A stretch of DNA of 64,000 nucleotides from assembly GCF_000737315.1 (NCBI RefSeq), contig NZ_JMCB01000001.1, positions 868,001-932,000 on the forward strand. The letters run 5' to 3'. The DNA is from Hyalangium minutum. GTDB taxonomy: Bacteria > Myxococcota > Myxococcia > Myxococcales > Myxococcaceae. The position numbers and the translations under genes were made by a program. The notes beneath the pieces are model-generated. The model was not told the DNA's origin, did not search any database, and worked only from the letters and a program-made list of their open reading frames with translations. Numbering within the stretch: position 1 is the first letter of the stretch; the number at the start of each line of letters is the position of its first letter. Shown in pieces: positions 37,780 to 47,955 of this stretch.

Positions 37780-40173
37780 CTACTTCGCGATCAGCAGAAT
37801 CAGGCCGCGGCCGCAGACGCCGTAGATGGTGTTCTCGCCGCCAACGCCCACCTCGGCGCCGGGCGAAGCCACCTGGTCGACGCCCTCGGCCCAGTTGCAC
37901 GTGTCCGTCACCCGGTACCAGCTCTTGCCGCTGCCCGGCCACGGCAGCACGAAGTTCACCGCGGCGGACCAGCCGTTGTACGCCACATAGATGGCGCTCG
38001 CCGGGTCCCCGAACTCCGTGCCGTCGATGCGGTAGGCCAGCGCGTGGTTGCTGGCGTTGCTGAAGTACGCAGTGTCCGGCACGTTGCCGTCCGACTTGAA
38101 CCAGCGGTGCTGCTCCATCACGTTCCCGTTGTTGTCCACCGCGCTGTAGAAGTTCAGCGGCCGCAGCGCCGGGTGAGCCCTGCGGAACGCAATCATCCGC
38201 TGGGTGAACGTCTTGAAGGTCGTCTGGTCTCCCGTCAGCGTGTAGTTCAGCCAGTTCTTGTCCGAGTCCAGGTTGTACGCGTTGTTGTTCCCGTACTGCG
38301 TGCGCAGGAACTCGTCGCCGCCGGTGATCATCGGCGTGCCCGCGCTCAGCATCAGGAACGCAATGCCATTGCGCGCCGCCTTGCGCTGGTCCGCAGCCAC
38401 TCCGCCCTGGTCCCAGCTGTGGTTGCTGTCCTCGCCACCATCCGAGGGCCCATACGGCCACCCCTGGCTGTTGTTCTTGCTGTTGTACGAGTACAGGTCC
38501 TTCAGGGTGAAGCCGTCGTGCGCCACCATGAAGTTGATGGAGTTGTACGGCATGCGCCCATCATCCCCGTACTTGTCCGACGAGCCCGAGAAGCGCGTGG
38601 CCAGCTCTCCTGGCGTGACGTTCTCCACGCCCATCTGGTTCTGATCCTTGCGGAACGAGTCGCGGAAGGCGCCGTTCCACTCCGCCCACGCGCCCGGGAA
38701 GTTGCCCACCTGGTACGAGTTGCCGCCAATGGCCCACGGCTCGGCGATGAAGTCCGTGCCCGCAGCGTTCGCCGCCGGACGCGGCGACAAGTCCCGCATG
38801 ATGCGGTTGAGCGCCGTGCCGCTGTTCATCTTGTCGTAGTTGAAGCAGCCGTGCTGGCACGTGTTGCCCAGCACCGAGGCCAGATCGAACCGGAACCCGT
38901 CCACCCCCAGCGTGTCCTTCCAGTACGCCAGCGAGTGGATGATGAGGTCCTGGGCCACCGGGTTGAACGTGTTGTAGTTGCCGCCCACGCCCGTGTTGTC
39001 CCAGTTGAACTTCAGGTCCGACGTGAGGCTGTAGTACGTGGGGTTGTCCAGGCCGCGGAACGACAGCAGGTTGTAGGTGCTCGAGTCGTTGGCGATCCAG
39101 TTCCCGCCCTCGCCCGTATGGTTGTAGACCACGTCGATGAAGACCTTGATGCCGTTGTCGTGGAAGGCCTTCACCATCTCCTTGAACTCGCGCGTCGGGC
39201 CGCCCGCCGACTTGTCGTACGCGTAGCGGCGATCCGGCGCGAAGTAGTTCAACGTCATGTAGCCCCAGTAGTTGTCATCCGTCGTGGTGGGCTCGTTGTC
39301 GATGCTGTCGTTGTCCGTCTCCTGCACCGGCAGGAACTCCACCGCCGTCACCCCGAGCGCCGCCAGCGCCGGGGCCTTCAGCCCCGCCCCCTTGTACGTG
39401 CCCCGGAACGTGGAGGAGATGCTCGGGTCATTCTTGGTGAGGCCGCGGACGTGGACCTCGTAGATGACCTCGTCCTTCAGCGCGCGCGTGGGCTTGGTAC
39501 CGATGGACTGCGTGTCCCCCGCCAGCACAATGCCCTTGGGTGCGTACGGGCCGCTATCCTTCAGGCGGTATGCTCCCGAGGCGAACCACTGCCCGTCCGT
39601 GTTGGTACCGTTCTTCGGATCGTGGCTGATCTCCAGCGCGTAGGGGTCCAACAGCACCTTGTTGGGGTTGAAGCGGTTGCCGCTCGCATCCACGTCCGCC
39701 ACGAACCCCAGGTTTGAGCCCTTCGTCCAATTGGAGTTGTACGTCCAGTTCGGCCCCCAGGCGCGGTAGCCGTAGTAGACGGTGCCGGTGACGCCATACG
39801 TGGTCTGCAGCGTGGAGACCGAGACCGGCTTCGACCAAATGTTCGTGGCCGAGTCCTTGGTCATCACGTACTTGGTCACCTCCTGGGCGCCGTACGGGGT
39901 CTTGTAGATCCAGACCTCGATGCGGGTGGCGCGCGACGAGTAGACGCGGAAGTTGATGTTCGCCTTGGTTGCGTCGTAACTCGCACCCAGAGTCCAGGTG
40001 ACCGCCTCCTGTTGCTGGACGCCCGTAGGGGCCAGCTCCTCTTCCAGGAAGGAGGTGCTCGGGTCCGAGCTGCCACAGGCAGCCAGGAGTGCGGCAAGGC
40101 AGGCTGCCAGAAGGGGGGGATGCCACCGAAGTGGCAGGGAAGCCGCTGGGGGGATAGCAGTGGCTCTTCTCAT
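37780..40173 (-). CDS. GH13 isoamylase (glycogen-debranching enzyme), lipoprotein
   Basis: Lipobox LLAAC; IYEVHVRG, NYWGY, DVVYNHT, DGFRFDLA, IAEPW, AHDGFTL. Confidence 0.93.
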   Translation of the reverse strand: MRRATAIPPAASLPLRWHPPLLAACLAALLAACGSSDPSTSFLEEELAPTGVQQQEAVTWTLGASYDATKANINFRVYSSRATRIEVWIYKTPYGAQEVTKYVMTKDSATNIWSKPVSVSTLQTTYGVTGTVYYGYRAWGPNWTYNSNWTKGSNLGFVADVDASGNRFNPNKVLLDPYALEISHDPKNGTNTDGQWFASGAYRLKDSGPYAPKGIVLAGDTQSIGTKPTRALKDEVIYEVHVRGLTKNDPSISSTFRGTYKGAGLKAPALAALGVTAVEFLPVQETDNDSIDNEPTTTDDNYWGYMTLNYFAPDRRYAYDKSAGGPTREFKEMVKAFHDNGIKVFIDVVYNHTGEGGNWIANDSSTYNLLSFRGLDNPTYYSLTSDLKFNWDNTGVGGNYNTFNPVAQDLIIHSLAYWKDTLGVDGFRFDLASVLGNTCQHGCFNYDKMNSGTALNRIMRDLSPRPAANAAGTDFIAEPWAIGGNSYQVGNFPGAWAEWNGAFRDSFRKDQNQMGVENVTPGELATRFSGSSDKYGDDGRMPYNSINFMVAHDGFTLKDLYSYNSKNNSQGWPYGPSDGGEDSNHSWDQGGVAADQRKAARNGIAFLMLSAGTPMITGGDEFLRTQYGNNNAYNLDSDKNWLNYTLTGDQTTFKTFTQRMIAFRRAHPALRPLNFYSAVDNNGNVMEQHRWFKSDGNVPDTAYFSNASNHALAYRIDGTEFGDPASAIYVAYNGWSAAVNFVLPWPGSGKSWYRVTDTCNWAEGVDQVASPGAEVGVGGENTIYGVCGRGLILLIAK

Positions 40174-40383
40174 GGGGTCCGACTCCCGCGCGGTTGCGTT
40201 CAGCGCTGCGAGCGGGCCCGCGCTCGCCCGTACTGCAAACTTCCAGCACTGGCGGGGCTGTGAAGTCAACGCGGCCAGGCCACAGAGGACCTCATTGTCA
40301 TGCGGGCAAAAGGTGAGTCATTCCCGCTCCAGAGGGAAAAATGAGGGCGCCGGGGGAATGATCGGGTCCGCAAAAACGTAGGC

Positions 40384-40412
40384 TTGACAGTGGGGGACGT
40401 GGCCGATACAAG
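40384..40412 (+). promoter_or_regulatory. Probable tRNA operon promoter
   Basis: TTGACA (40384-40389), 17 nt, TACAAG; the -10 is a weak match. Confidence 0.5.
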
Positions 40413-40441
40413 GCCGCCCACGTTGCCAGCGGCGGTCGCTC

Positions 40442-40513
40442 GGGCGGATAGCTCAGCGGTAGAGCGTCGCCCTTACAAGGCGAGGGTCACAGGTTCGATC
40501 CCTGTTCCGCCCA
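40442..40513 (+). tRNA. tRNA-Val (anticodon TAC)
   Basis: Acceptor GGGCGGA/TCCGCCC, D arm AGCTCAGCGGTAGAGC, anticodon arm TCGCC-CTTACAA-GGCGA, GGTTCGATCC; CCA not encoded. Confidence 0.97.
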
Positions 40514-40521
40514 AATATTGT

Positions 40522-40598
<77 letters not shown>

Positions 40599-40601
40599 AG
40601 A

Positions 40602-40642
40602 GAAGGGCCCGGAATCGAAAGGTTCCGGGCCCTTCGTTTTTT
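40602..40642 (+). terminator. Rho-independent terminator after the tRNA pair
   Basis: 13-bp stem GAAGGGCCCGGAA/TTCCGGGCCCTTC followed by GTTTTTT. Confidence 0.92.
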
Positions 40643-40739
40643 CAGCGCCCGCGTTTCTCCAGGCGCCTCACTCACCTGACGGGGCCAGGAGATTCAGACT
40701 ATCCAGGGATGTCAGCCCTTCCCTGTAGATAGTCGGGCC

Positions 40740-41966
40740 ATGACCCTTTTCCATTCTCGTCGGCCCCTCCTGTCTCTATCCCCCCACCCTCGCGCTTCTG
40801 GCTGGTTGGCTCTCGCGCTTCTTGCCGTGCTCGGCCTTCAGAGCACGGCTTACGCCGCTGCGGAGCACGAGCACGAGCCGGAGCAGATGGCGCTGTCGGT
40901 CTCCACGATGAGTGTGTGCGTCGATGGAACCACGCAGACGATCGCGTGCGGCATCCTCGGCACCCAGACCCGGACCTGCTCGGCGGGGCAATGGGGCCCC
41001 TACGGAACCTGCAGTGCCCCCGCGTCCATCTCGCTCCAGGTGTCCGGCCGGAAGGACATGGTCCATGACGTCCAGCGCAACCGGCTCTACATCACCACCG
41101 GCGGCACCGCGGGCGAGGTGCTCGTCTACAACCTGCTCACCCGCCAGTTCGAGCCCTCCCTGCTCACCGGTGGCTCCTTCAGCGGAATCGATCTGTCCCC
41201 CGACGGGGATCAGCTGCTCATCGCGGACCTGCAGACCAACTCCAACAACCAGAACTGGGTCCACCACATCAACCTCGCGACGAACGCGCGCCAGCGGTTC
41301 TTCTTCACCCGGGACTTCTACGAGGGTGGCACGTTCACCGTGGTTTTCACCTCCAACACCGAGGCGATCGTCACCTCCCAGTTCAACGGCTCGGGTTGGG
41401 TTCCCATGCGCAAGGTCAATCTGACCACCGGCACCGCTCAGTCCATCGCCAGCGTGCGCCAGGCCACCATGCTCGCCCGCTCCGCTGACGGCTCCACCGT
41501 CGCCTATGCCGAGTCGAACATCTCCAGCGGCGAGTGGGGCCGCTACTTGACCGGTGCTCAGACCTTCGCGGAGTCCAGCACCAGCTGGTTCGTCTACGAG
41601 ATTGCTGTCAGCCGGCTGGCCAACCAGTACGCCCTCCCCACCTACGGCGGGCTCTACGTCTTCGACGGCGCCCTGTCGCGTCAGGCCATCCTGGGCACCT
41701 ACGCCAGCCAGCTGCCCATTGGCGCCGTCTACAGCCCCGTCGCCGACGAGCTCTACCTGGCCTGGTATGGCTCCAACATCTCCATCGACGTCTACAGCAC
41801 CACGACGCTGCAGAAGCTGCGCAACATCGCTCCCTCCCCAGGTCTCTTCTCCTGGACCGGGAACAACGCCTTCAACAACGGACGCATGCGCATCTCCCGC
41901 GATGGCACGCTGCTCTTCGCCACCACCGGCAGCAGCGGCCTCGGGATTTACCTCACGGGCCAGTGA
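40740..41966 (+). CDS. Secreted YncE-like beta-propeller protein with a short N-terminal Cys-rich module
   Basis: Signal peptide (..STAYA); CVDGTTQTIACG..TRTC...WGPYGTC; propeller-type repeats (GIDLSPDGDQLLIAD, ISRDGTLLF). Confidence 0.75.
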   Translation: MTLFHSRRPLLSLSPHPRASGWLALALLAVLGLQSTAYAAAEHEHEPEQMALSVSTMSVCVDGTTQTIACGILGTQTRTCSAGQWGPYGTCSAPASISLQVSGRKDMVHDVQRNRLYITTGGTAGEVLVYNLLTRQFEPSLLTGGSFSGIDLSPDGDQLLIADLQTNSNNQNWVHHINLATNARQRFFFTRDFYEGGTFTVVFTSNTEAIVTSQFNGSGWVPMRKVNLTTGTAQSIASVRQATMLARSADGSTVAYAESNISSGEWGRYLTGAQTFAESSTSWFVYEIAVSRLANQYALPTYGGLYVFDGALSRQAILGTYASQLPIGAVYSPVADELYLAWYGSNISIDVYSTTTLQKLRNIAPSPGLFSWTGNNAFNNGRMRISRDGTLLFATTGSSGLGIYLTGQ

Positions 41967-41999
41967 GCCACGGCTCCCTTCCTCCTTGACACTCCATTT

Positions 42000-42018
42000 G
42001 ATAATGATAATCGTTATC
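42000..42018 (+). promoter_or_regulatory. Fur box
   Basis: GATAATGATAATCGTTATC, 18/19 match to GATAATGATAATCATTATC; TTGACA at 41986-41991. Confidence 0.92.
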
Positions 42019-42040
42019 AAATCGCTGTGCTGAGGAGGAC

Positions 42041-42370
42041 ATGCCGCTTTCGATGCTGCTGAGCCTGCTGGGGGCCACCGCCTTCTACTTCGCGGCGGCC
42101 GTGCCGGCCCGCTCTGGAGGCAGGTGGCAGCAGGTGCTCCATCGGAACCGGGTGGGCGTACGCGCGGCAGGCGCGAGCCTCCTCGCGGCCGGTGCGGTGG
42201 CAGGTGGGGTGGCCCAGGGCTGGGGTGCGGGGCTCACGGTGGTCGCGCTGGTGCTGATGCTCACGCTCTCGCTCCTCGCGCTCTGCACTCCGCTCTGGCC
42301 TCGCGGCACCTTGGGAGCAGTTCAGCTCACCGCGCTGGCACTTGTCGTGGCCTGGCTCGGAGGGAGCTGA
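42041..42370 (+). CDS. Small membrane protein (DUF3325-like) of an iron-regulated operon
   Basis: GAGGAGG RBS; three hydrophobic segments; GWGAG motif; position before a PepSY-TM gene. Confidence 0.75.
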   Translation: MPLSMLLSLLGATAFYFAAAVPARSGGRWQQVLHRNRVGVRAAGASLLAAGAVAGGVAQGWGAGLTVVALVLMLTLSLLALCTPLWPRGTLGAVQLTALALVVAWLGGS

Positions 42371-42633
42371 TGGCCCGCAAGCACGAACACGGCCTCGGAC
42401 GGATCTCCGCGGCGATTTCGGCCGCACCGGCGGCCGCCGTGCTCGCGGACCTCTCCCTCTCCGGCGCGCTGCCCTTGCCCGGGGATGTCCGATTCCTCGT
42501 CGCCCTCCTGGCCGCGGCTCCCGCAGTCGTTGTGGCGGTGTGCCTGGCCCTTCTCGCCCAGAGCTGGCAGCGGGCATGGCTTGGCTCCGCAGTGGTTGGC
42601 GCCGCGTCGGTTGCCGTGATGGTGCTCTCGTGA
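42370..42633 (+). CDS. Small membrane protein (DUF3649-like)
   Basis: TGATG coupling; hydrophobic, ends SWQRAWLG; typical companion of PepSY-TM genes. Confidence 0.7.
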   Translation: MARKHEHGLGRISAAISAAPAAAVLADLSLSGALPLPGDVRFLVALLAAAPAVVVAVCLALLAQSWQRAWLGSAVVGAASVAVMVLS

Positions 42634-44180
42634 AGGTGTCTCCACGAGCCTACGAGATCCTCTGGGATGCGCATGCGTGGACCGGCGTCCTCTCGTCCAT
42701 CGTGCTCTTTGCCCTCTTCTTTCTCGGAACCTTCGCGCTCTTCGCCGAGGAGCTGGCTCCCTGGCAGGAGCCTTCGTTCCGGGGCCCCATCGCAGTCTCC
42801 GATGCGCATGCGCTCGAGCTCGCGCAGCGCCTCGTGGACACGGAGGTCGAGGCGAAGCCCGCGTGGTTTGGGATCTCGCTGCCCACCGAAGAGGAGCCCT
42901 GGCTGCGGATCTGGCGCCTGGCCCCCGGAGGAACAGTCCAGTCCTCGTGGATGGATCCGGTCTCCGGGCAGCCGCTCGGTGAGCGAAGCGACCTGGGCGA
43001 GTTCCTCAACGCGATGCACTTCCTCGACCCGATTCCGGGAGGGAAGTATCTGGCGGGCATCGCATCCGTCGTCCTCCTGCTGCTGATTGTGACAGGGGGC
43101 TTGATTCAGCTCGGGAAGCTGGTGCGCGAGCTCGTGCAGTTCCGGCCCCACCAGGGCCACCGCGTGCGCTGGTCCGATGCGCACAAGGTCCTCGGGGTGG
43201 TCAACGCACCCTTCCTGTTGCTCTTCGCGCTGACTGGCACCGTGCTCTGCCTGTCTGCCTGGCTCCAGCCGGCGGTGGTGGCCACGACCCTGGAAGGCGA
43301 CGCACGCGCCGTCGAGAGCGCCACAGACTGGCCAGTGCCTCCCCCTCGGAAAGGCGAAGCTGCCAGGGCGCCTGACCTGCGCCTTGCCCTGGAGAGAGCC
43401 CAGCAGCGGTTCCCCCAGGCGACCCACCGCTGGTTCTTCATCGACAACCTCGGGGATGCCAACGCCGTCGTCCACCTTCCGGGCGAGAGCAGCGGTACCA
43501 TCAATGCGTTCGAGCACGTCTGGGTCTCACTCGCCGGAGAAATTGTCCGGGTCCGGGAAAAGGGCGGAGCGACGAGCTACTCGCGGACGATGGAGACCCT
43601 CTACGGATGGCACTTCGCCACCTGGGCCGGGCTCCCGGTGAAGGTGCTCTACGCTCTGCTCGCACTGCTCGCCTCGTTCGGCATCCTTGCGGGAAATCTC
43701 CTCTGGCTGGAGCGTCGACGCAGCCGAGGACTGGGGTCCTTCGATCGGCTCCTCGAGAAGCTGACCGCGGGCGGTTGCGCTGGGCTCACCTTCGCCGTGG
43801 CCGCGCTGTTCCTCGCGAACCAGCTCCTTCCCGCCGCGCTCCACGAACGTCCAAGGTATGAGCACGCGCTCTTTTACGTCAGCTGGTTGGGGGCGCTCGG
43901 TTACGCCCTCGTCGAGCGCTCCGCCGCGCGCTCCGCGCGGCGGCTTCTCATCGGTGCGAGCGGGCTGCTCTTCGCGGTGCCGTTGATCGATGCAGCGCGG
44001 ACCGCTCGCATTCCCTTCGCTTCTGGCTCCCCGTTCGTCCTCGCCACCGAGCTGGGTCTCGTCTTCCTCGGGCTGCTGCTGGCTGGCGCCGCTCGTGCTG
44101 TCTCCCGGATGGAGCCTCATGGCGGCTCTCCGCTCCCTCTCGAGGAGCTGGCCAACGACTCCACCCCTTCACCCACCTGA
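42630..44180 (+). CDS. PepSY-associated TM helix protein (putative ferri-siderophore reductase)
   Basis: HAWTG, LHF-like AMHF, DAHKVLG, GWHFA: conserved His residues of PepSY_TM proteins; GTGA overlap with the previous gene. Confidence 0.9.
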   Translation: MKVSPRAYEILWDAHAWTGVLSSIVLFALFFLGTFALFAEELAPWQEPSFRGPIAVSDAHALELAQRLVDTEVEAKPAWFGISLPTEEEPWLRIWRLAPGGTVQSSWMDPVSGQPLGERSDLGEFLNAMHFLDPIPGGKYLAGIASVVLLLLIVTGGLIQLGKLVRELVQFRPHQGHRVRWSDAHKVLGVVNAPFLLLFALTGTVLCLSAWLQPAVVATTLEGDARAVESATDWPVPPPRKGEAARAPDLRLALERAQQRFPQATHRWFFIDNLGDANAVVHLPGESSGTINAFEHVWVSLAGEIVRVREKGGATSYSRTMETLYGWHFATWAGLPVKVLYALLALLASFGILAGNLLWLERRRSRGLGSFDRLLEKLTAGGCAGLTFAVAALFLANQLLPAALHERPRYEHALFYVSWLGALGYALVERSAARSARRLLIGASGLLFAVPLIDAARTARIPFASGSPFVLATELGLVFLGLLLAGAARAVSRMEPHGGSPLPLEELANDSTPSPT

Positions 44181-44196
44181 CACTGGAGCCCTCCCC

Positions 44197-45423
44197 ATGA
44201 ACCTGAACCGCCGTTCCACCCCAGCGCCCGTGAGCGCGGCCCTGCTCCTCGGCGCGGCCCTTGCCGCGTGTGGCTCCGACCCCGAGCCCCTCGAGCCGTG
44301 TGCCTCCGAAGGAACGGGCCCCGTCTACGCCATCGCCACTTCGATCTTCGGCGACGAGGGCGCATCGACGTACGTGCGCCTCTTGGAGTCTCTCGACGTG
44401 CAGAGCATCAACCTTGACCAGGCCTCGGAGCATGCGGGGTTCGCGACGATTGGCGCGGCCGGTGGGAAGCTCTTCGTCGGTGACGGTGAAGCGCCCGAGC
44501 TCCGCCGCTACACGGTGGGTGCCGGCTGTGGACTGCAGGAGGACGGCCGCTTGAGCTTCGCCAACTACGGCCCCGCGGTGGCCCCGCTCTACAAGAATGT
44601 GTTCGTCGACGCGTCGACCGCGTACATGCAGCTCGAGGAGTCCCGGCGGATCATCTGGAATCCGGAGGCCATGCAGATCTCCGGTACCGCCGATGCCCCT
44701 GGGCTCCCGGCCGAGCGCGACGGATTGACCGTGAGGGCGGGTTACGACCGGAGCACGGCCGTTCGCAGCGGCAACTCGTTCCAGCCCTTCTACTGGGCGG
44801 ACAACAGCTTCTACCGGTTCTCCCCCACCTCTCAGATTGCCGTGTACTCGAATGCGGACGACCGCCTGGTCAAGCTGATCGATGCACCCTGCCCAGGGCT
44901 CGACATGGCGACGCAGGACGAGGCCGGTCACCTCTACTTCAGCAACTGGGTCTTCAGCACCGCGGCCCCGGTGCTGAGCGACGACGCGCCGGACAACTGC
45001 GCGGTCCGCATCAAGGCCGGCGAGCTGGCGCTGGACGCGGGCTGGACCCGTAAGCTCTCGGACATTGTGGGCGGCCGCCAGACCGTTGCGTACCGATACC
45101 TGGAGAACGGTGTTGGCATCGTCGCCGTGCTCCATTCCGAGGACATGAACATCACCGAGAACACCGAGCCCAATGCCATCACCGGTGGCAGCCACTGGCG
45201 GCTCTGGCGCGTCAATGTGGAGGCGGGAACGGGCCAGCCCGTGGACGGGTTGGGCAAGTTCGCTGGCGGCTACTACGCGTTCCGCATCGACGGCCGCACC
45301 TTCCTCCTGCTCCCGAGCGCCGATTATGCGAAGACCACGGTCTACGAGCTCGGTGTCCAAGGCGTGGCCGAGCCCCGCTTCGAGACGCTGGGGTGGGCCT
45401 ACCAGCTGGTGAAGCTGCGCTGA
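44197..45423 (+). CDS. MxcI-like iron-uptake lipoprotein
   Basis: Lipobox ALAAC; CPGLD, GHLYFSNW, CAVRIKAG motifs recalled from myxobacterial MxcI-type proteins; iron-locus context. Confidence 0.72.
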   Translation: MNLNRRSTPAPVSAALLLGAALAACGSDPEPLEPCASEGTGPVYAIATSIFGDEGASTYVRLLESLDVQSINLDQASEHAGFATIGAAGGKLFVGDGEAPELRRYTVGAGCGLQEDGRLSFANYGPAVAPLYKNVFVDASTAYMQLEESRRIIWNPEAMQISGTADAPGLPAERDGLTVRAGYDRSTAVRSGNSFQPFYWADNSFYRFSPTSQIAVYSNADDRLVKLIDAPCPGLDMATQDEAGHLYFSNWVFSTAAPVLSDDAPDNCAVRIKAGELALDAGWTRKLSDIVGGRQTVAYRYLENGVGIVAVLHSEDMNITENTEPNAITGGSHWRLWRVNVEAGTGQPVDGLGKFAGGYYAFRIDGRTFLLLPSADYAKTTVYELGVQGVAEPRFETLGWAYQLVKLR

Positions 45424-45433
45424 CGCGCCTGCT

Positions 45434-47929
45434 TCAGTATTCGAAGGTCCCCTTGAGCCAGGCCGCCCTGCCTGGCCTCTGGACTCCGAAGAAGTCGAAG
45501 GTCCTGGCATTGCCGAGGTTCTCCAACTCCGCCGTGAGGCCCACCGTGGCCTGGGCTCGCGTCACGCGATAGCTGACGCCGGCGGATTGAACGAACTGGT
45601 TCGGAATCACTTCCTTCGTCTCCGCAGCCCCCACGCTCTCCCAGTGCCGGAAGAACTCGCGGATATAGCGGGTGCTCCAGAAGGGCGAGAGCTCATCCTG
45701 CTCCGCGACCACTCCACGAATCGACATCCGCGCCGTGCCGTTGGCGAAGAACCACGGGCGATTCGGGAGCCGATCCCCATCGAACGCACCGAAGGTCCCC
45801 TCGCCCGAGGTGTTCCGGAGATCCTGCAGGGTGGCGTTCGCGTCGAGGTAGAACAGGCGGCCAACGGAGTTCCAACCGGCTGCCACCTCGAAGCCGAGCG
45901 CATGGGCCCCATAGACGTTCTGGTAGCTCGACTTGCGAGCATCGCCCAGGAGGATGATCTGGTTGCTGACCAGGCGGGCGAAGCCGTTGAGCTCAGCCCG
46001 GAAGGTGCCGAGTCCCGAGCGCAACGGCTGGGTGGCGACACCGAGGTTGAGGTTGTGGCTGCCCTCGGACTCGAGGTCGAGGTTCTCGCTGATCAGCACG
46101 CCATTGCCGAACAGCTCGTCCACGCGGGGGAACCGCGTGGCCCGCTCGTAGCTCGCCTTGAGGTAGAGCGGCTCGCCCAGGCGCACGCGCATGGCCAGCC
46201 CCCCACCGAAGCGCTGCAAGTCACGGTCCTTGCGCTGAAAGCCGCCGCCCACAGCGCGTTCCTGGGCCCGGGCCGCATAGCGGTAGTCCTTGCCGAAGAG
46301 GATGACCTGGACGGTGTCGTCGAAGAGCGCCAGCTCGTATTCGAGACCGATGACGGAGGTGAAGAGCGTCCGCTCCGCCGCGAGGACATCCAACTCCGGA
46401 GTCGAGAGCCGATCCTCGCCAGTGCGCCAGGTCCGGGTGGGCGCGATGGAGAGCCGGAGCTTCTGGGCACTGGCGAAGGCCCAATCGGCATGGGCTCGGC
46501 CGTAGAGGGCGTGCTGCCAGAGGGTCTGATCCGTCGCCTGGTTGTTGATCTCGCCCGGCAGCGTCCTCTCGCGGACCTGGCGGCCGAACCAGTCGTACAC
46601 CCAGCGCGAGACGTCGACGAACTCGGTGGCCTGCCATCCGTACCCGACCACCGCGTCGAGGCGCAGCGCCTCGGTGAAGGCCTTCTCGTAGAGAAGCTGG
46701 CCGCCCGCGGTGGTGACGCCGTAGGAGGCCTCTCCATATGGCGTGCCGCGCATCACCAAGTTGTGCTGCAGCTCCTTGTCATGACCGGAGCCGAAGGCCC
46801 GGAAGACCAGCCGATCTGCCCAGCCGAGCGACTCCAGCCCCACGTCGAGGCCACCGCCCAGGGCTCGGTAGCCGTCATGGAAGCGCTTGACGGTGGCGGG
46901 AAGCAACTGGCCTTGCTCATCGACCGTCTCGATGTCGACGCGGTAGTCGTTGCGAGTCGTGTCCGCGAACAGGTGTGCCCTGACGAAGAAGCCTTGTGGC
47001 TTGGGTTGGTAGCTGCCTGCGAGGGTGAGGCGCCAGGTCCCAAATGAGCCGCCCTGCAGGGAGAGCGCTCCGTGGGCTCCCTCCTGCAGGGGGGCGCTGA
47101 CGAGATTGACTGCTCCGCCAAGGGCATCGGCTCCGTACCGGGCTGGCACGACGCCTCGGTAGAGCTCGATCCGATCCACGAGGTTCACCGGCACGTTGGC
47201 GACACCAAACGGATAACCCGAGAGTTCAAGCGGAAGGCCATCAAGGAAGAAGCGGATCTGGTCGTCGGTGAGCCCGTTGAGGGCGAAACGGGCGGTGCTG
47301 CCCAGGCCCCCTGTCCTGCGGACAGACACCCCTTCCTGCTGCGCGAGGACCTGACCGAGGTCTGCTGACTGCGCCCTCGCGCGCCGGATCTCGACCACCT
47401 TCACCGCCTCCGCGGACTGACGCATCCGCTCGGCTTCCGAGCGGCCACGGACGGTCGTCTCGGTCACCTTCTCCTCCTTGGCTGGAGTGGCGGCGGCCGC
47501 GTCATCTGGCGTGGGGAGGCCGGGCTCAGAAGCGGTGGGAGTCTCAGGAGGAGCGGGTGCCTCTGGGGACGCAGGCGCCTCTGGGGCGAGCCGGAAGCTG
47601 TGGACGAACTCGACCCGGCACGCCACAGGCTCGCCGTCCACCCGAGCAGGCTCAAAGCGGAAGGTGAGGCTCGCGGACTGGGCCGCCGCGTCGAACGCCG
47701 CTCCTCCAGATCTGGAGATCTCCGAGCCAGTCACGATCCCCTTCTCGTCGATGGTGAGGAGAAGGACCACTTCGCCCTCCCGGCGCGCGGCGAGCTCCTC
47801 TGCCGGGTACGGGATCTCGACGGTGTCGATTCGATGAGGGGGCTGAATCACCGGCTCGGCAGCTGCGAGGGAGACAACCGGCAAGACCACCGTCAGGAAG
47901 AGGGCAAGCGAGGAGCGAGGCGAGAACAT
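45434..47929 (-). CDS. mxcH: TonB-dependent siderophore receptor (MxcH-like) with N-terminal TonB C-terminal domain
   Basis: Signal peptide; TonB_C (YPAEELAARREGEVVLLLTIDEKG...FEPARVDGEP); Pro linker; plug (GVSVRRTGGLG, RIELYRG..YGADALGGAVNLV); barrel ending in aromatic Y. Confidence 0.88.
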   Translation of the reverse strand: MFSPRSSLALFLTVVLPVVSLAAAEPVIQPPHRIDTVEIPYPAEELAARREGEVVLLLTIDEKGIVTGSEISRSGGAAFDAAAQSASLTFRFEPARVDGEPVACRVEFVHSFRLAPEAPASPEAPAPPETPTASEPGLPTPDDAAAATPAKEEKVTETTVRGRSEAERMRQSAEAVKVVEIRRARAQSADLGQVLAQQEGVSVRRTGGLGSTARFALNGLTDDQIRFFLDGLPLELSGYPFGVANVPVNLVDRIELYRGVVPARYGADALGGAVNLVSAPLQEGAHGALSLQGGSFGTWRLTLAGSYQPKPQGFFVRAHLFADTTRNDYRVDIETVDEQGQLLPATVKRFHDGYRALGGGLDVGLESLGWADRLVFRAFGSGHDKELQHNLVMRGTPYGEASYGVTTAGGQLLYEKAFTEALRLDAVVGYGWQATEFVDVSRWVYDWFGRQVRERTLPGEINNQATDQTLWQHALYGRAHADWAFASAQKLRLSIAPTRTWRTGEDRLSTPELDVLAAERTLFTSVIGLEYELALFDDTVQVILFGKDYRYAARAQERAVGGGFQRKDRDLQRFGGGLAMRVRLGEPLYLKASYERATRFPRVDELFGNGVLISENLDLESEGSHNLNLGVATQPLRSGLGTFRAELNGFARLVSNQIILLGDARKSSYQNVYGAHALGFEVAAGWNSVGRLFYLDANATLQDLRNTSGEGTFGAFDGDRLPNRPWFFANGTARMSIRGVVAEQDELSPFWSTRYIREFFRHWESVGAAETKEVIPNQFVQSAGVSYRVTRAQATVGLTAELENLGNARTFDFFGVQRPGRAAWLKGTFEY

Positions 47930-47955
47930 CCACAATCCGAGCCGGAGACAATCTT

